The notes under the pieces: generated by a model | Seen by the model: only the letters and a program-made list of their open reading frames with translations | Told to the model about the DNA's origin: nothing | Databases searched by the model: none | Translations under genes and position numbers: made by a program | In this document: one piece after another, positions 52,561 to 64,000 of the stretch | How the letters are laid out: every line of letters begins with the position of its first letter | Numbering within the stretch: the first letter of the stretch is position 1 | Source: Anthoceros angustus | Taxonomy: Eukaryota; Plantae; Anthocerotophyta | Assembly: GCA_010909165.1 (NCBI GenBank) | Contig: MU008185.1 | Span: 434,001-498,000 of the forward strand | Direction: 5' to 3' | DNA length: 64,000 nt

Positions 52561-53269
52561 TTTACAAGGCTGCCTTGAGACTTGGGGATTAGACAGGCAA
52601 GAGTCGGTGAAACGGTTTGTCCACTTCATAAATTTTGTTTGCCAAGGCCTCCAAAGGCTGTCTCACGTATGGAATCACTGCATTGGTTTTTTATCTTCAG
52701 GATGAATTTGATCTTCAGTCGACACCGTCCGAAGCTGAGCCCAAGAATGATACTAATGAAGACTAGTAAGCAATTGAGGAGAATGACAGCTTTGACGCAG
52801 AGGATATGGACCGCCCCTACTAGAAAGGGCAGCCTATGTTACAGTCGTTGTTGCAATTTTATGTTACACTTCTAACTTGCAACATCATTTGGAGGCTTGG
52901 TATTAAGTTTGTCATTTCTTTCCCCAAGTGGGCCTACAATCTTAACACGAACTGCTCTCTCTCCTACCACTTCACCCTCTTAACTACACCCCTCTCTCAT
53001 ACGCATTGTTTATGAATTTCCTCATGCAATTGCAACATGATCAGAATAGGACCTCTCTCTCTCTCTCCCGCCCCCATATTTATTACACCCCATTGGGAGT
53101 ACAATTAGTTAATGTTTTTCCTAGCGCTCTTTGCACTCTCTCTTCACAACTATTTGTTAATGGTGCCTGGACCAATATCAAGAATATGCCCATTAACATC
53201 ACCTTTAAAGGTGACCTAAACATAATATTATTTACCTATGTAAGTGGGTTCGAGGCTCACTCTATGTCT

Positions 53270-54220
53270 GGAGGCAAGGAGAAGGAGGGGAGAGGAAGGG
53301 GAGAGGAGGGGAGGAAGAGGAGGAGAGGCAAGGAGGAAAGGGGAGAGGGATCCGAGGTAGAGGAGGAGGAGGAGGAGGAGGAGGGAGGAGGAAGGAGGAA
53401 AAGGGGAGAGGGATCGAGGTAGAGGAGGAGGAGGAGGAGGAGGAGAGGGAGGCAGAGGGAAGGAGGAGGGGGAAAAGGAGGGAAGGGAAGGAGGAGGAGG
53501 ATAAGGAGGAGGAGGGGAAGATGGAAAAGAAGAGGAGCAAGAGGAGGGGCAGAGGGGAAGGAAGAGGAGGGGGAGAGGGGAAAGAAGAGGAGGGGTAGAT
53601 GGGAAGGAGGAGGAGGGGGAGAGGGAAAGGAAGAGGCCCGTTCCATGCTGTGATTTCAAGTAAAGACCCGTTCCAAGCTGTGATTTCTAGTCTCAATTTT
53701 TCAGCTGATGCGTAACCAGTGTGACATGACGTAGGTGACGGGATGGTGGCAGGCATGATCACGTGTACACCCACAAGCATCTTGTACTTCATCGTGATTT
53801 CCTCTCAAATTTTCAGCGAACTAGCTAGTGTGATTTGATGTTAGAGCGATAGGCAAGGAGGAAAAGGGGACGGGATCCGGGGTAGATAAGGAGGAGGAGG
53901 AGGAGGAGGGGAGAGGAGGAAAAGAGGAGGGATGAGGTAGAGAAGGAGGAGGGAGAGGCAAGGAGGAAAAGGGGAGAGGGATCCGAGGTAGAGGAGGAGG
54001 AGGAGGAGAGAGGCAAGGAGAAAAGGGGAGAGGGATCCGAGGAGAGGGGAGGAGGAGGAGGAGGAGGAGGAGGGAGGAGGAAAAGGAGGAGGAGGAGGAG
54101 GAGGAGGAGGCAAGGAAAAGGGGAGAGGGATCCGAGGTAGAGGGGAGGAGGAGGAGGAGGAGGAAGGAGGGGAGATGGGAAGAAGGAGGAGGGGGAGAGG
54201 GAAAGGAAGAGGAGGAGGCC
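53270..54220. repeat. Two polypurine (GGA/GA-rich) tracts, ~53270-53637 and ~53851-54218
   Basis: Almost pure A/G on the + strand, with recurring gagagggatccgaggtagaggaggagg. Confidence 0.95.
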
Positions 54221-54730
54221 CGTTCCATGCTTGATTTCAAGTAGAGACCCGTTCCATGCTATGATTTCCGTCTCAATTTTTACCGCGCGTAACCACCGTG
54301 ACATGATGTTGGTGAAGGGATGGTGGCGGGATCACGTGAAACCGCAAGCGATCTTGTACTTGCGAGCATTGCAAGGTCAAGCCAAGACTGCTCCAATACG
54401 TGATTTCCTCAAAATTTTCAGGCGTAACTAGCTAGTGATGATTTGATGTTAGAGGCGATAGTAGCATGGCGGGTGTCTCGTACATGTACAATTGCAAGTA
54501 GTTGCAAGGTCGGCCAAGACCCATTCCATGTTATTTCTATCTCAAATTTTCAGGCGCGAACTGCACTATGATGTGAAGTTAGGGAAGGCGATGGAAGAAT
54601 GGAGGGGTTTCATGTACATGTATAGCTGCAAGGTGAGGCCAAGACCCATTCCATGCTGTGATTTTCTACCTCAAAATTTTATTTGATGCGTGACCACACT
54701 GTGATGTGACATTAGAGAAGGCGATGCTAG
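53637..54730. repeat. Degenerate repeat module (core cc(g/a)ttccatgctgtgatttc...ctcaaattttc), about 6 core copies
   Basis: Cores near 53638, 53668, 54220, 54249, 54521 and 54646. Confidence 0.75.
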
Positions 54731-56699
54731 TAGGGCAGGGTCTTGGGTGAATAGGGAGTGACAAGGCTAGTGAACGGTAGGAGGGATGTGTTTAGAGGGC
54801 TGATCAGTACACAAAGAAGGGCGAGTGCACCGTCACCGCAAGTAATGTATATGTTGAGTGGACGGAAAACAACGCAAGGGAGTGGAAGAGGCGGGTGGCG
54901 AGGAGGATAGGAGTGGAGCAACCAACAGCAGCCATGGTCGAGGCAGGGCAAAAGGCGCAGAATACATGAGGCGCTTGTCTAGGGGAGAGAGAAGGAGGGA
55001 GGACTTGGAGCCAAACAACCCACGCCCACAAGATAGCAAACATGGGTCCGTGTAGCACAAACTCAGAGGCACAAAAGGCCGAGTGCTCAAGGACAAATTA
55101 GTAAACGACGTGGACGTGTACAAAGTATGTACGTTATCCGTGTGACGATATGCTTATTTTATATAAAATAGAATATGACCATATCACGTGAAATTACCAT
55201 ATAGTATATGTTACCATGAACAATACGTGTATTTTACAAAGAATATATTCATATGTATTTATATATATGTGTATTCATACGAGTATTGGTGGCAACTACT
55301 AAGTAAAACTAGGTATTCCATAGGGTAATAGTAGTAAAAGAGGAAGGTAGATGGGGAGGAGGTTTGGTACCAAGCTCAAAATTGTAACAAGAGACGATGT
55401 AACACTTTGGTTGTTGCAATTATTTTGAAATTTTGAGAGGGGACACAAACCACCTCTCACTACATTGCAACATAATTGCAACAAGACTGTAACATGTAAC
55501 AAGGTGGAGGGTTGGTTTCCAAACCTAACTGTAACAAGGGGTCCCAAAAGTGTAACAAGACCCCAAGATTTTAACATAATTGCAACAAAGGGGGTCCAAA
55601 TCTTAACATAAAGTGTAACATAGCCCTTTTCTAGTAGGGCTTGAATATGGTGGTGGTCTTTGACTCGGTTTGGCGAGCATGAAGTCGCCAGGCCGTACTC
55701 TTGAATGACTATTGTCGATGCTGATGACCACTTCCTCTTTTAGCAGTTGTTTGTTGCAATGTTTTCACGACCACTGAAATGAGACTCCTGCTAGTACAAG
55801 ATTGTTTCCATTATGTTCTACCACTTGAAAAGTAAATATTTTCGGTTGAAATAAACAGATGAAAATGGCAGCCCTTTATGCATTCTGCAAAAACATAGAC
55901 GGGCCCGTGCCCTATAGTGCTCTAGTTCTGGGATGTAGAATTGAAAGTGCGTCTTTTATCAAAGGTATGGACTCAGAAAGGGTGTGCCCATTATCAAAGC
56001 TTGGCAGATATGTTATCGCAGGAAGGGTGTAAAATATGACAAGGGGGTGCTGTTTCGACCGAAGGGGATTTACTATATTCCCGCCCTTCAAAAATTATCA
56101 TGTTGATCTCTTTACCATATGCCAAATTCATTCACCAGTGTTTAGTGGAGGATTTGTCCCCTCAAATCCGGACTGCAATTCATACTCTTGATGTTTGGAG
56201 AGATGAGATTTTTATATGCCCCACCCTGCCATTCACTAGAGTTACCTGAGGGACCTGATTAGGTCCGGAGAGCCCGACTGACTACTCCGGACTACGGTAT
56301 GGCGGTCCTTGGACGGAGATGCCCGCCCATGGACTTCCGGTATCTCCCGGTGGCCGTGGAGGAACACGGATTCTCGCTCGTCATGGGCCCATGCTGGGAC
56401 TCTGCGGAACAGCAGAGAAGGCCCAGGACGAAGAGGGCGAATAAGGAATTGGCGGCCAAGAGGGCCAAGGAGGGTGTGGCTCCGGACCTCGGCACTCTCA
56501 ATCTATCAGCAGGAATTTTTGGGGTCACCTTGGATGAATTCGTACGGTCTAATAAGAAGGGCACCTTGAGACCTGGTAGGAGGGATATCCCGTATGATGG
56601 TTCTCAGCTTACGCCGATTCTGGTGCTACATGGTTCCTTCCAGTCCAAACAATGGCTTTTGCGTGACGAATTGTTGTGTAGCCCGGGTGAGTGGGGCGG

Positions 56700-57450
56700 T
56701 TTCAAGTTTTGGTGGGAGGGGTGTGCAGAGTTTGATTCTCGTTGGCATCCTGGATAGTGGAGATGGCATGGCTCCACTTCCAATACTGCTCGACACTCAA
56801 GATCCTTTTTCAATATCAATACCTCTTTGTAGCTTTTGGTGGACAAAGGCAAATTGAAGAAACGCCCCCCTTTGGCCCCTCGGCATGGACTTAGTGAGGT
56901 ATAAGCAATGGAGAATTCTACGTCTGATTTGGAAAACCTTCGGGGTGCAGGAAAAGCATCGGTGCACTTTGTGGCGGATGTTCTAAGCTGCATTGCCAAA
57001 TTCAGATAGTGCGAATCAGTTCCTACAAGCAATTGGTTTTCCTTTCTGTCCGCTCTGCAATTCTGGTGCAGTTCAAAAGAGTGAGCATGTTTTTCTCGGC
57101 TGCCCTTTTGCTAGGCAGGTTTGGACTCAGATACAACGCTGGGTGCAAAGATTAATCCACAATAACAGCTTAAGAATCAAGGAAGCTACCGCTTTATTTG
57201 GTCTTAATGAGACTACCTCTCGGCAATGGCTCTCGTGTCAATGGTGGCCTCCACTGTGGGCTGCCACAATTCATGCTCTCTGAATTCACTGGACACAGGT
57301 TGTTTATGGTGGTCAGGAGATCGGTACCATGAACGGGTGTGTTAAAAAGATCTGATCTGGATCATCACGGAGGTGCCCGGTCACATGATTTAACGCCCCA
57401 CGACAAAATGCAAGATTGGCGTAGGGCTTGTCTTCTTCTTCTTGATCTGA
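56700..57450 (+). mobile_element. L1-clade LINE 3' remnant (zf-RVT zinc-binding region)
   Basis: CPLCNSGAVQKSEHVFLGCPFARQVW...WWPPLWAATIHAL*IHW; disrupted. Confidence 0.7.
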
Positions 57451-57816
57451 GGGTTAGGCGGGAGCCTAGATGGAATCATCTTTGCCCCTATCTTCAGTGA
57501 TGGAAATCCAGTACGTGGAGAGGCTGTGTCAAAAGCACCCCGTTTCGGGGATGCCAGGCAACCCCTGGTTTTTCTGTTGCATGTGGGGTGGGGTCTATGT
57601 CCTCCCCCGACTCCATCTTCCTTCATCACCGGCCCTGTTTCCTGTGGTTTCCCAATCTTTGGTGCGGCTCGGAGTGTGAGGCATGCACTTCCGGGGGTTG
57701 GATTTGTGGTTTTGTCGGCTACCCTAATCCTCAGTGGGGGTAGGCTCTTTATCGTTGAGAGATGCCATGCTTGTTTTTTTTGTGGGACAGGGAGAGCCTC
57801 GAGGTGACCATGGTAA

Positions 57817-60800
57817 ACTCTTCTCCGCCCTCCTCCCTGGTCTATTACTAGGATTATGGGAAGCAAGGGTTTGACACAGAGGATTCTCTCTCTTCTCCTG
57901 TGATCATTACGCTTAGGATGTAGATAATCTTTTCAAGAGAGAGGATGCCTAGGGACACTTGATTTGGGAAGAGGAGGGGAGTGGGCTACCGCTCGGTTTG
58001 CCCACCACGCAGGTAGCAGAACTCAAAATTTCCTGGATGAGAAGAGGGCTATCCGAAACTTCCTCCGATCCTTTTCCATATGATGATCATGAAGACATTG
58101 AGGTGTGGCCGGGAGTCCCGCTTACTTGGAACGAGGTCCTCGATCACCGCTCTCACCATGTGCAATTCAACAACGCTTTTGATGCCCAAAACCATTTCTT
58201 CATTGAGCCCTCCTTTATTACTGTGGATTGGTCTAATACTCAACTCACCATCATTTCTATCTTCTATCTTAGGTTGAGGACAATGGCTTTTCTCCTCAAG
58301 GCCCAATCGCTTGGGAGGGAAGATGGTCGCCATTCCTATCGTTGGTGTGGTTGCATGACATGGTTCGTGAGGGTGCCCTCTTTTTAGGATTTGTGTGGTT
58401 CCTCACACAAGATCAGAAGGAGTCTTTCAAGTCCCTCCTTTGATAGGGGATGCACATCTATGGGTCGCTAGGGCGCTTATAAGCTGCCCATGCACGCTTG
58501 ACGTCACATTAGGTAAAGAAACTTCGGTTAATGTTCTCTCATCACGTTTTGAGGTTATGGCCTCATGGCTCTTTTATGTCGCTTGTCCTATAGGGTCTTG
58601 GGACTTGGTGTAAACGATCTAGACTAAACTTCTGAAATGTGCCTTGAAGTGTTTTTTTTTGTTTTTGGTTAAGGGTGGTGTGAAAATAAGTCAAGGATGA
58701 GGCAAAGGTGGTATTTATAGTAGAAATGTCCTTGGCCTATGGGATTTTTCTTGTTTTGTTTCTTAGATTAGATAATAAGTGGTCCGGGTACTCGATGTTC
58801 CTTGGCCCATGGACTTGGGATATCCACTAAAAAGTCTATATATGTGAGGTAGGGGGTTGGCATATTATTTAGGGGTTTGTCAGTCTATGAGCTAGAGGTC
58901 GACCCAACCTGGCGGTAGTTGGAAGGGTGAGAGGTTGCGGAATGGGATGACTGGGGGAGCGGTCGTGGAAAGAAGAGGTGGTCGTAGAAGACGACCAGCG
59001 GTAGGGGAAGCCCGGGGAACTTAACCCTAAGGAAACCGGGAAAAGTGAAAGGCTCAAACGTGAGCGCAAGCTACTGGAGCGAGAGTGAGGAGCGAGCGAA
59101 CGGCCGGAGCGCGAGGACGAGGAGTCGCACCTGTGGGGGGTACCGCGATTCTGGAGAGCAGAGGGCGAACCGCGGAGGAGGGCAACCCCTCACCTGAGGT
59201 CGCAAACCCCCACAGAAGGAGGGCTACGGCGCGGGGTTGTTGAGGAGGTAGGAACACCGACGACCGCGAGGAATTTCGAGGCAAGACTCCACCAATTCCA
59301 GGCGCCGAGGCCAGGGAAACTGCTATAGAGGGATGGCACCCAAAGTCACAGCTGAAATTGCGCTTGCCCAATGGCCAAACATGGATCATTGGAAAGTCCG
59401 AGCTGGGGAATTGGTGAAAGAGCTGGGGCTTGGCTTCATGGAGAAGCGGTGGAATTACGTGAACTTGGGACTGGTGCAGGAGTGCGCTCGCCATTTGAAA
59501 GACAAGCAACCGAGCGAGGGAATTAGGGCGAAGCCTCAGGATTGGGATCTGGAATTGGTTAGGAAAGTGTGGGGCAGAAGGAGGAGGCGGTGATGGAGCC
59601 TTCTCGAAAAGGAGCACAAGAAAGCAGCCGGTTAAGGCGGATGTAATCCGGAACCCAACGGGCCGGGCCGATGACTCTTCTCCGCCCTCCTCCCTGGTCT
59701 ATTACTAGGATTATGGGAAGCAAGGGTTTGACACAGAGGATTCTCTTCCCCCCCTCTTCTCTCAGGATCATTACGCTAGGGATGTAGATAATCTTTTTTC
59801 AAGAGAGAGTGATGCCTAGGGGACACTTGATTTGGGGGAAGAGGAGGGGGAGTGGGCTCCGCCTCGGTTTGCCCACCCTCACGTGTAGCAGGAACTTCAA
59901 AATTTCCTGGATGAGAAGAGGGCTATCTGGAAACTTCCCGCTCACGATCCTTTTCCATATGATGATCATGAAGACATTGAGGTGTGGCTGGGGAGTCCCG
60001 CTACTTGGAACGAGGTCCTCGATCACCGTTCTCAGCTACAGGCAATTCAACAACGTTTTTTGATGCCCAAAACCATTTCTTCATTGAGCCCTCCAGCCTT
60101 TATTACCAGGATTGGTTCAATACTCAACTCACCATCATTTCCTATCTTCTATCTTAGGTTGAGGACAGCTGGCTTCTTTCTCTGAAGGCCCTAATCGCTT
60201 GGGAGGGAAGATGGTCGCCATTCCTATCAGGTTGGTGTGGTTGCATGACATGGTTCAGGAGGGTGCCCCTCTTTTTCAGGGATTTGTGTGTGGTTCCCTC
60301 ACACAAGATCAGAAGGAGTCTTTCAAGTCCCTCCTTTGATAGGGGATGCACATCTATGGGTCGCTAGGGCAGTTATGCTTCCGCTCTGCTACTGCCCTTG
60401 ATGTCTGTCGTTACTAGGTAAAGAAACTCGGTTAATGTTCTCTCATCGTCAGGTTTTGGAGGTTATGGCCTGTTGGCTCCTTTTTATGTCGTTTTGTCCT
60501 ATAGGGTCTTGGGACTTGGTGTAAACGATCTAGACTCGGAAACTCCCTGTTGAAATGTGCCTTGAAGTGTTTTTTTTGTTTTTTTGGTTAAGGGTGGTGT
60601 GAAAATAAGTCAGGTTGACAGTAGGCAAAGGTATTTATAGTAGAAATGTCCTTGGCCTATGGGATTTTTCTTGTTTTTGTTTCTTAGATTAGATAATAAG
60701 TGGTCCGGGTACTCGATGTTCCTTGGCCCATGGACTTGGGATATCCACTAAAAAGTCTATATATGTGAGGTAGGGGGTTGGCATATTATTTAGGGTTTGT

Positions 60801-61461
60801 GGGTCTAGGCTAGGGTCAAGGCGGTAGTTGGGTGAGAGGTTGCGAATGGGATGGGGGGAGGCGTGGAAAGAAGAGGTGGTCGTGAAACGAGGGAAGCCCG
60901 GAACTTAACCCTAGGAAAGTGAGCGTTCAACGGCGGGCCTGTGGAGGAGGCGGTGAGGGCGGGCGGGTGGGCCGGGCGTCGGGCGCATCCAGTGCGATCT
61001 GGAGGCGGGCGCAACCGGAGGAGGGCAGCCGAACCCCTCGGTGAGTCGCAAACCCGGCCGGAGGCGGCTACGGCGGCGGGTTGTTGAGGAGGTAGGAACA
61101 CAGGTGACCACCGCTAGGAATTTCGAGGCAAGACTCCAGGTCAGGCGGGGGAGCTGAGAGGGATGGCGCCAAAGTCATTGAATTGCCCAATGGCCAAACA
61201 TGGATCATTGGAAAGTCCGGGGGAATTGGTGAAGAGCTGGGCTTGGCTTCATGGAGAAGCGGTGGAATTACATGAACTTGGGATCAGTGCGAGTGCGCTG
61301 CCATTTGAAAGACAAGCAATGGCGAGGGAATTAGCGAAGCCTCGGGATTGGGATCTGGTGGTTAGGAGGTGTATGGGCGCAAGGAGGAGGCGGGTGGTTT
61401 GGTGATGGAACTCTCGGAAAAGGAGCCTGGCCGGCGCCATACGGTTAAGGCGGATGTAATC
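57817..61461. repeat. ~1.85-kb tandem duplication (57817-~59650 / 59674-61461)
   Basis: Both copies begin actcttctccgccctcctcc..ggtctattactagg and end cggttaaggcggatgtaatc; many indel differences. Confidence 0.93.
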
Positions 61462-62400
61462 AAACCAGGTGGTGGCAGGTGTAGCATTGATGGGTTTGGC
61501 GGATGGCTCCTATGTTTTCTGACACAAGAAGCGGGGATTATTTGTACCACTTTGCTATTCCTCATGAAGTTGTCAAGGGGAAATCGATTGGGGACGAATT
61601 CTCTTGACAAGTTGTGTGAAGAGAGGTTGAACTGATTTCTCCTACCTCGGCCCTCTCTAATTTCACCATTTCGGTCCATCTTTGTGCATGCTAAGCGCTG
61701 CCGGTAGAAATTGTGGCCTCCTTCACATGTGGAAGTTAGGGAGGTGAAGTGGAAGGCGGAGGAGCCCAAGGAGGAAATCGGGAGAATCGGACGGTGGAGT
61801 CAGGTGGCGGCAGGTTCGAGAGAAGGAAATTTCCACCGGCAAAGAGGAAGGCCGGGGTGACGGGCCTCGAAAAGGTGAAGGTGGGCCTTGCCTCGAGCGG
61901 CCGCTGGAGGAAGCGAAAATGAAAAACAAGTTGAGGTGGCGGAAGAAGAGGCGCATCCGAGAAGACAATTTCTTGACACGGATGCGAGATGATGAACCAA
62001 CCGGAGGATTAGGGCGACCTCGAGCGGACCCCTCCTCGGCATGGGAAGAGATTTTCAAGGGGACTCCAGCAGCAGGTGGATGCACGAATTGGTGAGTGCG
62101 CACCTTGTTGGAAGGAAAGTGCTCGGCGGGGGATGGCGTGCTGCGGGGCCGCCAGGTGGATTTGCGAGGCGGCACATCGATGATCGGGGCCCAAGCGGTT
62201 GTTAGATCAAGCGGCCTTGGCTCTCACATGGCTCGGTGTGCAAGGCGGCGGGAGGAAGTGGTGAAGGCCGGGTTTGTGAAGAGGAGGCGCAAGCAGCTGG
62301 AAGACAAGCGGGACCTAGAAATAAGGGCCAAGATTCAGGAGGATTTGTGCGGGGCTCGGAGAAGTTGCGAGCCATGGAGTCGGTGAGCGCTCATGGCTCA
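58860..62400 (+). mobile_element. Frameshifted transposon-associated ORF remnant of unknown class
   Basis: Protein-like fragment QWPNMDHWKVRAGELVKELGLGFMEKRWNYVNLGLVQEC...WDLELVRKVW (59333-59593; degenerate copy ~61163-61400) followed by purine-rich, charged-residue-like fragments in a repeat-rich, gene-free region. No catalytic motif recognised. Confidence 0.35.
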
Positions 62401-64000
62401 AATTAAGGATGCCAAGACAAACCGGGAGATGCGGGGAGTTGTTGCGAGCCGAGGCGAGGCGGCCTGTGGAGGCCCATAAGGCCCAGCGGAGCACGTATAA
62501 GCAGGGATGAGGCACGTGGCCGAGCCGAGAAAGGACAAGGAAGGCGACAACCGAGGTGGCAGGACCTACGGGGTTCGAGCAGGGCGGCGTCGTGGAGTCC
62601 ACTACGCGTGGTAGTGGGGCACTCTGCGGGCAACTCAGGCGGCCATGGGCGGCGGCGGCGGCAGGGGCAGCGGCACCCCGCGAGGACATGGACCCAGCAA
62701 CCGGTGTAGCCTACGGGAGGAGGGGTAAGCACCTCGGCTGAGGAGGTCCTATTGTTGCGGCATGGATGAGGAAACTTATGTTCTGGTCTATATGTGAATG
62801 GGGCAGCGTAACTTCACCCTCCATGTCGTGTGGAAATAGGAGGGATCGGGGCCTACCTCAAGTGAGGACCGAGTGCATACTTCTACCACTGCGCCCTGAG
62901 TGTGAGGGTTGGCCCCTAATGCGGAGGCGACTTTGGAGGAGTTAAGTGAGGAGGAGGTCCGAGCTTGGGTGGACGAGGAAGCATCCTCGGCAATAGGCGG
63001 CAAGCGGAAGAAGCTCAGGCGGTATGCCCTCAAATTAGGGCGTCAGTGAGCGGTGAGGTGGAAGTATTGTGGGAAAACAGTCGGATCGGTGGCGTGGCGG
63101 GAGGGCTCGTGGCGGCGGGACGAAGGCCAGGCGGACAAGTCGGGGAGGCGGCGAGATAGCGTGGCAAATAGGTGATAGCATCCTAGGAATGGAATTTGGT
63201 TAGGATGCCACATCGACCTAAGATCGCTCGAATTGTGGCGCGTCCCTTCACGATAGCATCTTAGGACCTAAATGAAAATCGGATATGTATAAGAGGCGAA
63301 TTATGCCCTCACGTGATAATTTGGTTGAGATCCCCACTGCGGCTGGTTGGACGTCCAATTAGCGGAGGCGGGGTGTGCGAGGCAGCTCCTAGGATGGTCG
63401 AGAGCTTGCTCATGGTGGAGGAGGAAGGGCGATGGCTTCTTGACACAAGGGAGGAACCAAGGGATTGGCGGGCGGGGTGCTGGAGCTTGCTCGTGCGCTG
63501 CTATGTCAGGGTTCTTCTTCTTCTTTTCCTGTTGGTTGTGTTTTGAAAGTGTGCGTGAGTGGATGCACGAGGCGGGCGAGAGAGAGAGGAGGCGGATCGG
63601 GTGAAGGAGATTAAGTCTTGTCTGCGATCACGAGGTGCTAAATCGTGAGTGAGGAGGAAGAGAGAATAGGTGGAGGGTTGGTCGGGATGCGTGAAATCGA
63701 ATTGGGTGGTCTTTGTTTTGAAGGAAGTGCGCATGGGAGCAGTGTTTCTGGAGGAAATAAGCGGTGTGGCGCCTTGTGTGTGTGTGTGCATGTGTGTGGA
63801 TTGAGTGTGGGGAGGCCTAGGAATTTCGATTATCGAAAGTGGGCATAGTGTGGGGTGAGTAACATCCGGACTACGGGTGGAGCCAACCCGTGCAGATCGG
63901 AAATGAGCCGAATCGATCACTAGGGTTTGGTGTGGGACCCACCTCGGTAGTCGTAACAACTACCTGGTAGTGGTGCGGACTACCGCAGGTAGCGAGCAGG

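Larger units (their letters stand above)
52815..55639. mobile_element. Non-autonomous TIR element, CACTA/EnSpm-like, with CCCTA...TAGGG termini
   Basis: Left end CCCTACTAGAAAGGGCagcCTATGTTACA; reverse complement of right end CCCTACTAGAAAAGGGCTATGTTACA. TGTTACA/TGTAACA and TTGCAAC subterminal repeats cluster at both ends. No clear target-site duplication. Confidence 0.7.

Noticed and set aside
53228-54304. Pro/Ser/Leu-rich extensin-like ORFs
   Set aside because: Translations of polypyrimidine simple repeats that are open in all frames.
57817-61461. Pair of LTRs
   Set aside because: The copies are adjacent with no internal gag-pol, PBS or PPT, or TG...CA termini.

Overview
Eukaryotic nuclear DNA from a seed-free land plant. 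It is gene-dense with mostly ~80-120 bp GT-AG introns, and carries a PLS-class PPR and an intraflagellar-transport gene, which points to a lineage with flagellated sperm; a hornwort or other bryophyte/lycophyte is my inference. In order, positions 1-50 kb contain: a degenerate PLS-PPR pseudogene, NC2alpha/DRAP1, a minisatellite-rich intergenic block, a USP-domain receptor-like cytoplasmic kinase, an At4g15640/mS83-like mitochondrial helical-repeat protein, a broken CRE-like (RLE) non-LTR retroelement, adenylosuccinate lyase, a 3-exon secreted peptide precursor missed by the ORF track, an RBM41-like gene head-to-head with IFT70/TTC30, a RING-TM E3 ligase, a Raf/STY-like kinase, a tonoplast sugar transporter and dymeclin. 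Positions 50-64 kb are transposon debris, including a ~2.8 kb element with CCCTA...TAGGG inverted termini. The most interesting observations are (1) a sulfated-peptide-type precursor that combines a PSK-like processing region (EEE..RRxLxxHLDY) with a PSY-like core (DYVDPNPN), and (2) a plant RBM41-like gene with an intronic U12-type 5' splice-site motif. Three 1.5-1.9 kb tandem duplications with one indel-rich copy, plus homopolymer frameshifts, suggest long-read assembly errors, so frameshifts here need caution. Exon models were read by eye and family calls rest on remembered motifs, not database searches. No tRNA, rRNA or CRISPR array was seen.
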